Made by a program: the position numbers and the translations under genes. Shown here one piece after another: positions 54,368 to 64,000 of a stretch of 64,000 nucleotides of DNA; positions within the stretch are counted from its first letter, which is position 1; every line of letters begins with the position of its first letter. The notes beneath the pieces were generated by a model. It ran no database searches and had not been told where the DNA came from. It was given only the letters and a program-made list of their open reading frames with translations. Origin of the DNA: a virus; the IMG/VR virus record IMGVR_UViG_3300045594_000630; one strand, given 5' to 3'.

Positions 54368-55288
54368 TCACTCAGAACATGTCTTCAAGACTGTCTGCAT
54401 CTCGATCTTATCACGGGCGGTGACGGTGAGATCATACTTCAAGGCCGTATCGATCCATCTGTTCACATACTCGCAGGCATAGCTCTTATCAGATGGCGTC
54501 CATTCATCCGGTCCCTTATCCCCACGATCATCACTGGCAGATCTTGACACGGCCAGCAGTAACGATCCGTCATTAGCGTACGCCCTCTTCTGGTCGGGTG
54601 ACCACGATGCCCCGCCGTGCTGTTCAGCATACTTCAGGGGGATGACGTAGTCCACGGTGATGTCACTGATGTCAGATATCTTACCGCCGGTGAACGGATC
54701 AGTCACCGAGCCACCGGTGGGACGGCACTTGCTGTCAACTGAAAGCCCCGCATTCTTCATCACAAGTTCACGCGCATCACACTGGCCTGACACGATCGTC
54801 CAGTGAGGCCATTCAGCGGCCTTGAAAGCATCCCCGGACGGATCTGCCGTGGACAGCGAGTCAGCTCTCGTAGCCTCACTCTGCTTGCTGCCGGCCGATC
54901 CACCCTCCGTCACCCCATTCTCCATGGCGTACTCATCCGAGTCAGCGTTATCGATCTTGCCGTCATTGTTCACATCGCCGATCTTCGCCTGGACGTCCTT
55001 ATCATACAAGCATGATGCATCTTCAACGAAGTTGCAGATATTCGACAGCTTCTTGTCAAGCCCTGACCCCCGGATCGTCCTCGACGTCTCGTTAGACGCC
55101 CCTCTAAAATAGTCTATGGCCGCATTGATGCTGGTGATGTGATTGACCCGGAGGAATGCGAGAGCAGCTGCGATCGCAACGATGGTCACAATGACCCCAA
55201 AGATCTTACCACGGCCGGCAGAGCTTCCAGCTCTTCCCTTGGACTTCTTGCGGGCTGGTTTCCTGTTAGTAGCCATAGATCTCATCAC
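54368..55288 (-). CDS. exported DUF1524/HNH-like protein with degenerate active site
   Basis: N-terminal TM; DYVIPL...LLAVSRSASDDRGDKGPDEW...CEYVNRW. Confidence 0.7.
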   Translation of the reverse strand: MMRSMATNRKPARKKSKGRAGSSAGRGKIFGVIVTIVAIAAALAFLRVNHITSINAAIDYFRGASNETSRTIRGSGLDKKLSNICNFVEDASCLYDKDVQAKIGDVNNDGKIDNADSDEYAMENGVTEGGSAGSKQSEATRADSLSTADPSGDAFKAAEWPHWTIVSGQCDARELVMKNAGLSVDSKCRPTGGSVTDPFTGGKISDISDITVDYVIPLKYAEQHGGASWSPDQKRAYANDGSLLLAVSRSASDDRGDKGPDEWTPSDKSYACEYVNRWIDTALKYDLTVTARDKIEMQTVLKTCSE

Positions 55289-55353
55289 CTCTCCATGATA
55301 AGATATCGCGGTCTCGCTGCGGAGCGGTCAATCATCCATCATTCTGTAATGAT

Positions 55354-55716
55354 CTATCTCCGTCGCCGTACAGATCGTTTCACCCTGTCCGTGAAGTCCA
55401 CCCATGCGTAGCCAATGCCGAACTGCCTGGCTGAATCAATGAAGAGCTTGACCAGATCTGCGAACCATCCAATGGCCATGAAGATGAGAATACTGACTGC
55501 ATAGATGATAGCGGGTATCGTGAACAAGCCAAGACTGATCCACGTCATGATGATCATGTACCCGTTATAGGCAATGAGGATCAGATTGATCCATCCGTTC
55601 ACGCCGACAGGTCTTGCATCCCAGCGTCTGAACGGGAAGACATGATGCTTCCACTGATAGCCGATGACAGCGGTGATGACAGCCGTGACGGCAAGATTGA
55701 CGATCGTTATGATCAT
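55354..55716 (-). CDS. membrane protein
   Basis: Three hydrophobic segments; GGAG SD. Confidence 0.65.
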   Translation of the reverse strand: MIITIVNLAVTAVITAVIGYQWKHHVFPFRRWDARPVGVNGWINLILIAYNGYMIIMTWISLGLFTIPAIIYAVSILIFMAIGWFADLVKLFIDSARQFGIGYAWVDFTDRVKRSVRRRR

Positions 55717-55728
55717 GATGCCCTCCGG

Positions 55729-57519
55729 TCAGTCATCATCATCGGAACGACGTCTGCGCGTGATCCTTGCCCGATTCGTGAGAACGTACTGATAGCACGA
55801 TTCATCATCAGCGAACATGGTGTCGAGAAGAACGTCCTTACCGATCTCATGCTGGATCCTGTTCCTTGCCGACTTAGATCCGGCGCCCGCCAGAGCAGCA
55901 TTCAGATCCGTGACCCGCTTCTCATTCTCCATGAGTTCTATGCGAGCCTTCTTCGCACGCTTCCTGACCGCGGCGTCAGCACGCCTGGCGTCAGGGTCAA
56001 TGAGGAACGCTTCATCGGGCACCCCATCGCCCTCCATGATCACATCGTTGATCGAACGGCACCGGCTCAGAGCTACATATCCGAGCCCCTTCTGGAAGCA
56101 CCTGCTGAGGTCAATGATCGCACCATCTAGCGTCTGACCCTGCGACTTATGGACGGTGATAGCCCATGCAAGCCGGAGCGGAACATAGCTCACCGCCGCG
56201 TCCGTGACCTCGATCTCCTTGATGACCGGAAGTCCGTCATCATCAACGATCTTACGAGCTTCCACGTGAGTCTTCTTCACCTGAGCGTACCCGATGGTGA
56301 CGGTCTTGAACTCACTGCTGAGTTCATCAGACATCTCATCGCTGATCTGCATGTCCGAGGGTCCATTGTTCATCCGCACCTGGATGATTGGGATCATCTT
56401 ACCGTCAGCTCCCATCTCATCACCGAGCTTGGTCACCACGCCTAGGGATCCGTTCACGTATCCTGGAACCGCGCCATTTGATGTCAGCATGACGACAGCA
56501 CCCTCCTTGAGAGCAAGCGGCGAAAGGCGCCCGTTCTTGATGAGCTCCTTACAGTCGTCAGGGTCACCATGCCGTTTAAGATTATAGACATGATCTTTAC
56601 CGGGGATCGCATCAAGACGGGACTGGTTGTATGCATCCACGCTCCGGTTGATCGTCCGCAGGTGGGTATAGACCTTGTCGTCATCTTTGCCGGCATTGAA
56701 CCTTGGATAGATCATCTTACGAAGACTGCTAAGATCTTCACCGTCACGGATACCGTTCAGCAGATCGTTCAGAACCGGATCGTCAGATCTCCGCACCCGG
56801 TCAAGATAGCAGAACTTGAATCCCCCAGACGAAAAGATCTTATGACCATCAGGATCACGCGCCCGGAAACAGTATCCGCCGTCTACAGGGTTGCCATCAG
56901 AGTCAAGCTGATGGGAGTCCACGGGAGGGAGCTGCAGGAAGTCCCCCACCAGTACGATCTGCATGCCTCCGAATGGTATGCTCTTACCCTTGGCCTTCCT
57001 GCAGGCCGCATCAAGATTGGATAGGAAGTACGCTGGAAGCATGCTGACCTCATCAACGATCAGCACGTCAGTGTCCTTGATACGGCGCTTCGCATTGATC
57101 CACACGTGCTTCTGCTTGTCGGTCATCCTGGTCTCATCGAATGGATCCACGCTGATACCAAGACCTGACCATGAATGGATCGTACGGCCGAAGATCAGCG
57201 CGGCTGCCGCACCTGTACTAGCCGTCACCGCGACGTTCAGACGGTGAGAGTCAGAGTCTAATCTGCCGGAGAATCCGTGAATGATCTCCTGGTACTTATC
57301 GATCACCCATGACTTGCCTGCACCGGCAGCGCCACACAAGATCACATTATCCCCATGCAGCAGCCAGTACAAGGCTTCCATCTGGCTCGTGTACTCGCTC
57401 TTCGCCAGCTCGTCGGCACTATCGAATTCCGGAATGATCTTATGGAGGCCCTTCGGATAATGCGGATCTTCGGTCTCGTCGATCTCCCTGTCATTGAACA
57501 GATCTTCCATCATTATCAT
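55729..57519 (-). CDS. PIF1/RecD-like SF1B helicase
   Basis: GAAGAGKS, IVDEVSM, VGDFLQLPPV, AITVHKSQGQT, YVALSR. Confidence 0.92.
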   Translation of the reverse strand: MIMMEDLFNDREIDETEDPHYPKGLHKIIPEFDSADELAKSEYTSQMEALYWLLHGDNVILCGAAGAGKSWVIDKYQEIIHGFSGRLDSDSHRLNVAVTASTGAAAALIFGRTIHSWSGLGISVDPFDETRMTDKQKHVWINAKRRIKDTDVLIVDEVSMLPAYFLSNLDAACRKAKGKSIPFGGMQIVLVGDFLQLPPVDSHQLDSDGNPVDGGYCFRARDPDGHKIFSSGGFKFCYLDRVRRSDDPVLNDLLNGIRDGEDLSSLRKMIYPRFNAGKDDDKVYTHLRTINRSVDAYNQSRLDAIPGKDHVYNLKRHGDPDDCKELIKNGRLSPLALKEGAVVMLTSNGAVPGYVNGSLGVVTKLGDEMGADGKMIPIIQVRMNNGPSDMQISDEMSDELSSEFKTVTIGYAQVKKTHVEARKIVDDDGLPVIKEIEVTDAAVSYVPLRLAWAITVHKSQGQTLDGAIIDLSRCFQKGLGYVALSRCRSINDVIMEGDGVPDEAFLIDPDARRADAAVRKRAKKARIELMENEKRVTDLNAALAGAGSKSARNRIQHEIGKDVLLDTMFADDESCYQYVLTNRARITRRRRSDDDD

Positions 57520-57584
57520 TTAATTTGTCTCCATGTCCGCAGAATGCTTACATGATCATAGTACCATCAGTGCATGTGGATCGG

Positions 57585-58775
57585 TCAGACGAGAGTGATC
57601 ATCGTCCTGTCGACCATGAATTCAGGGCTGATAGCCGAGTATGATGTCAGACCGAATCTTCCCACGAAACTGCTGAACACGGTCATGACCCCATCCCTAG
57701 GGTCAATCGGGGCACGCTCATCGTCAGAGCCCGCTATCCATCGCTGGCTCGCGTCTAGCGACCCGCTGATGATCCTTGACTGCATCAGCTGGACGACCCC
57801 GTTCAGATGGGCGATCTTACCGTCAGATACCAGAATGACCCTCGGACCTGACTCCCCGCTGATGGCAAGCAGTGTCTTCAGATAGGCCATGAAAGCGTGA
57901 GCATCCGCCGTCGTCCCCTCCATGGGGTCATACCCGTTCTTGATGATCTGACTGATCTTCTCGATGACGACGGGAGGACCTGCGGGGGAGATCATCAGAC
58001 CGAGGTCAGATCCGGCGGCAAGGAACATCGGAGCGGCCTTCATGGTGATGGGATCCCTCCGCAGCCGATCCGTGAACGCATAGACGTCCTCATCCTGACC
58101 CTGTGAGACCAAGATGCAGACAGCGTAGGCAAGATCGTCATCGAATGATGACCGTATGGATTCGATCGTCAGTCCGCTCTCCCCAAGCGCCTTCTCATGC
58201 AGTATGGTGAGAGCGAGTATCGTAGCAGTCTTGGCTGCATCGTCCTCAGATCTGGAATCAATGAACTTCACGGTCTTGCCGGCAGCGTCGTCACCAATGA
58301 TCGGACTGACGATCTCAACCGCTCTCTCATATGATCCATCTGCGAGGGACGGCTCCGTTGGCGTGTACTCACCTTCCGTCAGCAGCTGCTCCCATCCTTC
58401 AAGTATGATCGTCCCTGACGGATGATCATCATCGGTAGACTTCGGATCGCTAGGATTCATGATCTTACCCGATATGGATGACACGATGATTGATCGTAGC
58501 CTGTCCGCTCCGTTATCTATGGTGAGCTTGTCCCCATCCGGGTTCAGAAGATCATCATTCGACAAGATGATCATGTCTTCATCAAGGGCTTCCAATGCTT
58601 TCATGACGCTGCGAGCCGCATCGATGCGGCCAGACCCCGCGATAAGAATATTGCTCTTACCGTCAAGATCGATCGTCCAGCTGGTCTCATTCTGCTGGAA
58701 TCTGAGTCCATGATTGATGCCGCTGCTTTTCCGCGGCTTCAACGGCTTGTCTTTCTTCTTTCCAAATCCGAACAT
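57585..58775 (-). CDS. hypothetical protein
   Basis: 396 aa; leaderless after TGATATAAT. Confidence 0.75.
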   Translation of the reverse strand: MFGFGKKKDKPLKPRKSSGINHGLRFQQNETSWTIDLDGKSNILIAGSGRIDAARSVMKALEALDEDMIILSNDDLLNPDGDKLTIDNGADRLRSIIVSSISGKIMNPSDPKSTDDDHPSGTIILEGWEQLLTEGEYTPTEPSLADGSYERAVEIVSPIIGDDAAGKTVKFIDSRSEDDAAKTATILALTILHEKALGESGLTIESIRSSFDDDLAYAVCILVSQGQDEDVYAFTDRLRRDPITMKAAPMFLAAGSDLGLMISPAGPPVVIEKISQIIKNGYDPMEGTTADAHAFMAYLKTLLAISGESGPRVILVSDGKIAHLNGVVQLMQSRIISGSLDASQRWIAGSDDERAPIDPRDGVMTVFSSFVGRFGLTSYSAISPEFMVDRTMITLV

Positions 58776-58884
58776 ATGATCATTATATCAATAGAACTCA
58801 TTGGACGCGTACATCGTCCCTTCATGTTAGATCGTTATTCTCATTGATATCTGAATCGTACTAAGCTAATCTAAACGGAGGAGA

Positions 58885-59475
58885 ATGATCATGGCTGATA
58901 AGAATGACGTGCAAGACAATGAGACGGATATCCGAATCGACCCTAAGGAAGATGCACAAGTGACTGACGCTGACGACAAGACCATTGCAGATGACGGCAG
59001 CGATGAGGCCAAGGATGAGGACGGATCATTCATCGCCAAGTCAATCGTGAAAGACGGCGCTGATCCGAAGATCACCGGCAAGAACGGTAAGGGCAGGCTT
59101 CCATCATTCGACTCCCTGCGGAAGGAGCATGACACGATGATCGTCACCAGGCTTGTCCTCACGGTCGTGGTCGCACTGATCCTTATGATCCCAATCCCGA
59201 TCACGTTCATCGGAGTGAAGTTCGTTCTCTTCGTCCTCCTAGCGTATGCGTCTATCTATAATGAGGTAGATCTGCGTAAAGAGTCGGAGCTTCGCAAGGA
59301 CGGATTCTCCCGAAGAGCTCATATCGCGTCATACGTCACGTTCACGATCGTACTAGCCCTGTTCTTACTGCTTGCTATCATTGCTGGTCTCAAGATGGCA
59401 GCGATGACGAACGCAACAGACTACGCTCTGTGGATCTTGAACCAGAACGGACTAGGTTCGGTCATCGTGAAGTAG
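58885..59475 (+). CDS. membrane protein
   Basis: Acidic N-terminus plus three TMs; GGAGGAG SD. Confidence 0.75.
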   Translation: MIMADKNDVQDNETDIRIDPKEDAQVTDADDKTIADDGSDEAKDEDGSFIAKSIVKDGADPKITGKNGKGRLPSFDSLRKEHDTMIVTRLVLTVVVALILMIPIPITFIGVKFVLFVLLAYASIYNEVDLRKESELRKDGFSRRAHIASYVTFTIVLALFLLLAIIAGLKMAAMTNATDYALWILNQNGLGSVIVK

Positions 59476-61120
59476 CAGCGTATGCACTGCTCTCGTACAG
59501 ATCGTATCCACCTGTTCTCATGACCAGCTTCAAATCGTTATCAGCATCACATGCTTCGGACAATGGCGTCCCCGTCTTGTAAAGATACCATCGGACATCC
59601 TTCCGCAGCGCAGCGACGTACCTCGGAGCCTTGGACGGATCTTGGTATGAGTCCACGAAGTCTTTCCAATCTTCATGTCCGTTCCCTGAGATTGCATTCG
59701 AGTACAGCTCCGGCCGCGCATCGATCACGATCTTATGGCCCATGTAGATCAGCTCTCCCCCGATAAGATCTGAGGACGCTACCGGATCCTTGTCCTTATT
59801 GATCGTATCCACGATCTGAGTCGGGATGAATGTCTCGCTCGGACCTTCCGCTTGGTATGAGTCTAGCGACCCGTACATGATGGTAAGACCGGCAATGACG
59901 ACAGCGCTGATACCGATCGTCAGCGGCCATACAAGCCTTCTAGGCATCACGATTCTCGTTGACCTGTTCTTAGCGTCATACAGGGCTATGATGATGAGCA
60001 CGGGTATGATCAGCAATTGGAAGTTCCTGATATGCAGACAGGTCTCGAATATGATCGCGTAGGTGAGCAGTGACGTGGCCACCCATTCGGTCGACCTCTT
60101 GTATGCTAGGACGAGAACCATGACAGTGACCAGCATGGCTGCGATCATGGCCGTACTGCTTCTGATCATCATCAATGGAAGCAGCTCGATGATGGCAGAT
60201 CCGTACTCGGCCTCACCGTACGCTTTAAAGATGAACGTCGCTCCGTCCAGGCCGTAAGGATTCACGATCAGAAGCGCGGGAAGCAGTACAGTCATGATGA
60301 TAGTCTGGATGACGACCCTGCGGTCAAGATCTGACGCCAGCGCTCGCATGATGATCACAGTGATCATGTACCCCACCGTTACGATGATGACCATGACGGA
60401 CATGGCAAGATGGAAGTTGTTCGCAACGATGAGGACAGTTGATATGATGGGGATGATCGTCCACGGGTGGCCATGACGATCCCAGCGTATGATCATGAAT
60501 GCGGCCAAGAGCGTGAACATGATGGTGATGATAGCAGGCCTCATGTGGAGGAACTGGACGAGTATGCACATCGATATGCTCATGGCTATGATCGAGAACG
60601 GGGTGAACCATTTCCCGGTGATTTCATGATGGATGAGGACTCCTATGCAGACGATCATGAAGAGGAAGATCCCGAACAGTACGGCGACACCTGCTTGACC
60701 CCACGTCGAGTACATCAGGTACACGATGATGGATGTGATCCATTGCTCGATGATGATCTTACCGCCATGGATCGACCACGGATTAGTGAACGGTATCCCA
60801 TGCTCGACTATCCATCTTCCATTGCTCATCATGAACCATTGGTCGGAAGACCAGCCACCGTCGCTGAAGAATGCGATGACCATGCACGCGGATAAGATGG
60901 ACAGTATGATGACGATCTGACGCCATGATGTCTGCACTGTTTTCACGATGATGAAGATGTTCTCCCTGCTGATATCTTCATCGTGAACCTGTTCTATTGA
61001 TATAAGGGGTATTATGGCACGGAAAACTCCAAAGAGAGGATCTAGAATCCTCACCCAGTCGTCCTCATATAAAGACACGAAGCTTCTATGGGCGATCATC
61101 GGTATCATCGCGATCATCAT
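59462..61120 (-). CDS. polytopic membrane protein, GT-C glycosyltransferase-like (start uncertain)
   Basis: More than 10 TMs; SDQWF...GRWIVEH.IP loop; C-terminal soluble domain. Confidence 0.55.
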   Translation of the reverse strand: MMIAMIPMIAHRSFVSLYEDDWVRILDPLFGVFRAIIPLISIEQVHDEDISRENIFIIVKTVQTSWRQIVIILSILSACMVIAFFSDGGWSSDQWFMMSNGRWIVEHGIPFTNPWSIHGGKIIIEQWITSIIVYLMYSTWGQAGVAVLFGIFLFMIVCIGVLIHHEITGKWFTPFSIIAMSISMCILVQFLHMRPAIITIMFTLLAAFMIIRWDRHGHPWTIIPIISTVLIVANNFHLAMSVMVIIVTVGYMITVIIMRALASDLDRRVVIQTIIMTVLLPALLIVNPYGLDGATFIFKAYGEAEYGSAIIELLPLMMIRSSTAMIAAMLVTVMVLVLAYKRSTEWVATSLLTYAIIFETCLHIRNFQLLIIPVLIIIALYDAKNRSTRIVMPRRLVWPLTIGISAVVIAGLTIMYGSLDSYQAEGPSETFIPTQIVDTINKDKDPVASSDLIGGELIYMGHKIVIDARPELYSNAISGNGHEDWKDFVDSYQDPSKAPRYVAALRKDVRWYLYKTGTPLSEACDADNDLKLVMRTGGYDLYESSAYAATSR

Positions 61121-62369
61121 CTCATTCGGCGTCTATTACATCTTGAATTCGATCACGAAGCAAGACACGTACTATGTCTTGAACACGAACATCCCGTCAA
61201 GAACGCAGATCATACCTGACTACCTCACCCCGGTGACGACTAGTCAAGGATCGGCCCCACAGAACGCCCTGGACATGAGTGATGTCCAGACCGGAACGGT
61301 CTACTCGAAGTATCCTCTGAACGCTGGCGATGTGGTTGCAGCATCAAACGCCGGCTCGTTGGATTCGATCAATGAGGGCGTTCCTGACAACTGGGTGGTC
61401 ACAAGCTTTGACCCTGGGGACAATGATCCCGTGGTCCAGAATCTGAAGAGGGGTGACTACTTCGACATCATGGTCACGAACATGAAGAAGAGTGACACGT
61501 CGACGCAAGTATCTGAAGATCAGAACAACGTGACAAGTAACATCAAGGTCGGCCAATGGCTCTTCAGGAACGTCATGGTTCTTGACAATCCTAGCGCTAC
61601 GGTCACGTCTGATTCGTCTGATTCATCGAATGGCGCGACGTCGCAGACCCAGAACACGACGACCATGTTCTTGCTCGGCATGAGCCCACAGAACGCGACG
61701 ATACTAGCAATGGCGGCATCACAGTTCACGATGAAGCTTGTCATCAGCCCGCAGCAGAACTCCTACACGAGCCCGAAGACATTGGATGCGCTGTACAAGA
61801 ACTTCGACTTCAATGATGTCATCGCGAAGAACCCTAACGGAATCATAGCAAGTGACTGCGTGGACTCGTCGACCGGTGAAGATCTCAGCTCTGACTGCAC
61901 TGACAACACGTTCTCCCCGCAGGAGAGGGATCGGTTCGGCGTTCCGTACAATGTCGGATCTGGCGACACTCGAGACGCGAACGGCAATCCGCAGCCACTC
62001 ACGAAGTTCGAGATCGAATGGTGCACGCAGCTGTTCTATGATAGCTCGAACAAGTACTACTACTACAAGAACATCGGTGATCAGACGGATAATGACGCGA
62101 AGCTTGCGGCTGCCAAGGACGACTATTACTGGGGATCTAAGTGGGATGACTCGAAGAAGTACTGCTCCGACCATAACGCGAAGGCCACGCAGGCCACGCC
62201 CGACGGTAAGACACCTGACTTCAAGACCCTTCTGAAGAACGAGAAAGATCTGAAGACGAAACTTGCGAACAGTAGCTCCAAGGACTCGTTCCGTAGCTCC
62301 AGCTCGTCTGACCAGTCTGCAAGCGGTGACAATGGATCCACGGACGGATCTGATTCATCTACGGAATGA
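61014..62369 (+). CDS. SAF-domain CpaB/RcpC-like Tad pilus assembly protein
   Basis: One TM; YYVLNTNIPSRTQI...YPLNAGDVV; LKRGDYFDI. Confidence 0.7.
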   Translation: MARKTPKRGSRILTQSSSYKDTKLLWAIIGIIAIIISFGVYYILNSITKQDTYYVLNTNIPSRTQIIPDYLTPVTTSQGSAPQNALDMSDVQTGTVYSKYPLNAGDVVAASNAGSLDSINEGVPDNWVVTSFDPGDNDPVVQNLKRGDYFDIMVTNMKKSDTSTQVSEDQNNVTSNIKVGQWLFRNVMVLDNPSATVTSDSSDSSNGATSQTQNTTTMFLLGMSPQNATILAMAASQFTMKLVISPQQNSYTSPKTLDALYKNFDFNDVIAKNPNGIIASDCVDSSTGEDLSSDCTDNTFSPQERDRFGVPYNVGSGDTRDANGNPQPLTKFEIEWCTQLFYDSSNKYYYYKNIGDQTDNDAKLAAAKDDYYWGSKWDDSKKYCSDHNAKATQATPDGKTPDFKTLLKNEKDLKTKLANSSSKDSFRSSSSSDQSASGDNGSTDGSDSSTE

Positions 62370-62457
62370 TTCAGATCTACACGCGGAGGATACCATATGA
62401 CCCGTCTTGATATCTTATCAACGTAGAGAATGTTCAATCCGAAGCGAGGAAAATAGA

Positions 62458-63954
62458 TTGCTGAAAGCAGTTTTCATAGGTTCTAAGTCCACTTATGACT
62501 TCCTAAGGAAGAACGTGAAGCCTAACTGGGACTGGCAGATTCCCGTCGCTACCATAGATGAGTTCTGGGATGACATCGACAATGACAGGCTTGACGGGGA
62601 TCACACCGTCGTCATCGTCATCTCAACCGAATTCTATAGAGCGGCGGTGAAGAAGAAGGACCCAGCACTTCTGGAATCATTCCTTGATCTCATCTTCTCA
62701 AGCACGCAGACCGCGTTCACGATGATCGTCGACTACTTCAATGACAGTGCGGATATCGAGAGAGATCTGCTCAAGTATTCAGGTCGTGAAGACAATCAGG
62801 AGGCAGGTGTTCTCAAGAGTTACTGGTGGATCGATCCGAGGAAGCCGAACCCGACGATCGACTCGGCCATCCGTGAGTACATCAACTCTCCAGACTCTGA
62901 GCCGGACATCGTCAAGGCCGTGGCCGAGGCTGAGAACATGCCCATCTCCACGGTGAAGAATGACGACTATGAGGACGATCAGGAAGAGCAGGAGAAGCGG
63001 GAGGAATGGTTCGGTGACTCGCTGTCAGAGGAAGGCCCTGAGGAGCAGTACTCGAACAATTACGGGAAGAAAGCCGAGATCATCTGCACCACCGGATCTA
63101 AGGGCGGGGTCGGTAAGACGACCACGGCCATGGGTCTGGGGGCATGGATCGCCATGTCTAGCGAGCAAGCAGCCGCTGCCGGCACCCTGAAAGCACCATT
63201 GAAGGTCTGCATCGTCGACTTCGACGTGAACGACGCGCAGATCGGGTCAATGATCGGCAAGACCACCCCGAACATCCTTCAGATCGCTATCGCTGAGGAC
63301 ATCAATCAGGATGTGGTGGGGAAGAACGTCATCTACTCTGATAGGATGAAGTGCTCATTCCTACTGTCCCCAAAGCTCCCCAAGAGTGCTGACAACATCC
63401 CCGTCAGCAAGTTCGATGAGATCATATCCGTCCTTCAGTACATGTTCGACGTGATCATCATCGACACCTCCGTGAACTATAAGGACAAGCTGTTCAGCGT
63501 GGTCACGTATCCACGCGCGGACAGGATCATCTTCGTCACCAGCCTTGATCGTAAGTCCGTCATCGGCATGATGAAGTGGATATACTATAACGGATCTAGT
63601 CAAGAGTCTGGCGGGACCGAGATCGATCTGAGTAAGGTCGGCGTCGTGGTCAACATGGCGCAGCACGATGTGAACATGACCAGCGGTGAGATCATGTCCA
63701 TCATCAACATGGCCACCCAGAGAGCATACTCCACGCTGGACAGAAGTATCAGACCCGAGGACTGGCATACTCCGAAGCTTATCGGGGCTATCCCGGTCAT
63801 TAAGAACGGGCTTCTCGTCAAGCTGTCGAACGTTCTGCAATTCGATCTCTCCATGGGCATCCCATTCTTCGAAGAGCCGATCAGTCAGATCGCGAAGGCC
63901 GTACTACCGGAGGCGTTCAGTAAGGTTCTGAATCCAATCAAGACCCCGGAATGA
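62458..63954 (+). CDS. CpaE/TadZ/MinD-like ATPase
   Basis: GSKGGVGKTT, VDFD, IIIDT; the ORF-track start 62407 is the promoter motif itself, so the SD-supported TTG was used. Confidence 0.85.
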   Translation: MLKAVFIGSKSTYDFLRKNVKPNWDWQIPVATIDEFWDDIDNDRLDGDHTVVIVISTEFYRAAVKKKDPALLESFLDLIFSSTQTAFTMIVDYFNDSADIERDLLKYSGREDNQEAGVLKSYWWIDPRKPNPTIDSAIREYINSPDSEPDIVKAVAEAENMPISTVKNDDYEDDQEEQEKREEWFGDSLSEEGPEEQYSNNYGKKAEIICTTGSKGGVGKTTTAMGLGAWIAMSSEQAAAAGTLKAPLKVCIVDFDVNDAQIGSMIGKTTPNILQIAIAEDINQDVVGKNVIYSDRMKCSFLLSPKLPKSADNIPVSKFDEIISVLQYMFDVIIIDTSVNYKDKLFSVVTYPRADRIIFVTSLDRKSVIGMMKWIYYNGSSQESGGTEIDLSKVGVVVNMAQHDVNMTSGEIMSIINMATQRAYSTLDRSIRPEDWHTPKLIGAIPVIKNGLLVKLSNVLQFDLSMGIPFFEEPISQIAKAVLPEAFSKVLNPIKTPE

Positions 63955-64000
63955 TATGAGGTCTCCTCATGTCTGATCTCATCACGTTCACAGCTCCATG

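Noticed and set aside
1-64000. CRISPR array or cas genes
   Set aside because: No regularly spaced direct repeats; the repeated words in the array are tRNA D and T loops
1-64000. Jumbo phage identity
   Set aside because: No capsid, terminase, portal or tail genes were recognised and conjugation genes are present; not excluded outside the window

Overview
This window looks like part of a very large conjugative plasmid-like element, probably from an actinobacterial host (inferred from the FALAA tmRNA tag and leaderless genes). No phage structural genes and no CRISPR array were seen. (1) 1.2-11.9 kb is an all-plus-strand RNA island. It holds about 50 tRNA genes covering all 20 amino acids, several deviant tRNA-like genes, an RNase P RNA, a minimal SRP RNA, a stand-alone TnpB omega-RNA with its own promoter, and several unexplained structured spacers. 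In the Ala, Leu, Ser and Thr four-codon boxes the G34 isoacceptor is missing and an A34 one is present instead. (2) Two transposase-less TnpB elements (540/541 aa) are bounded by a TGT core, and one splits an XRE-HTH gene. (3) The coding region carries CpaF/VirB11, a VirD4-like coupling protein, CpaB/CpaE-like proteins, HU, dUTPase, two sigma-70-like factors, a type IIA topoisomerase pair, NAD ligase, NrdH, XpaC/TelA, a Doc-type toxin-antitoxin pair, a ParB-domain plus glycosyltransferase pair, DsbA, a PIF1-like helicase and a tmRNA. Window-wide signals are a roughly 40-fold excess of CAGATCTG, a shared TGATATCTT extended -10 motif, a 134-bp inverted repeat pair, and a Cys/His N-terminal tag on four unrelated proteins. 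All calls were made by hand from motifs, and no searches were run.
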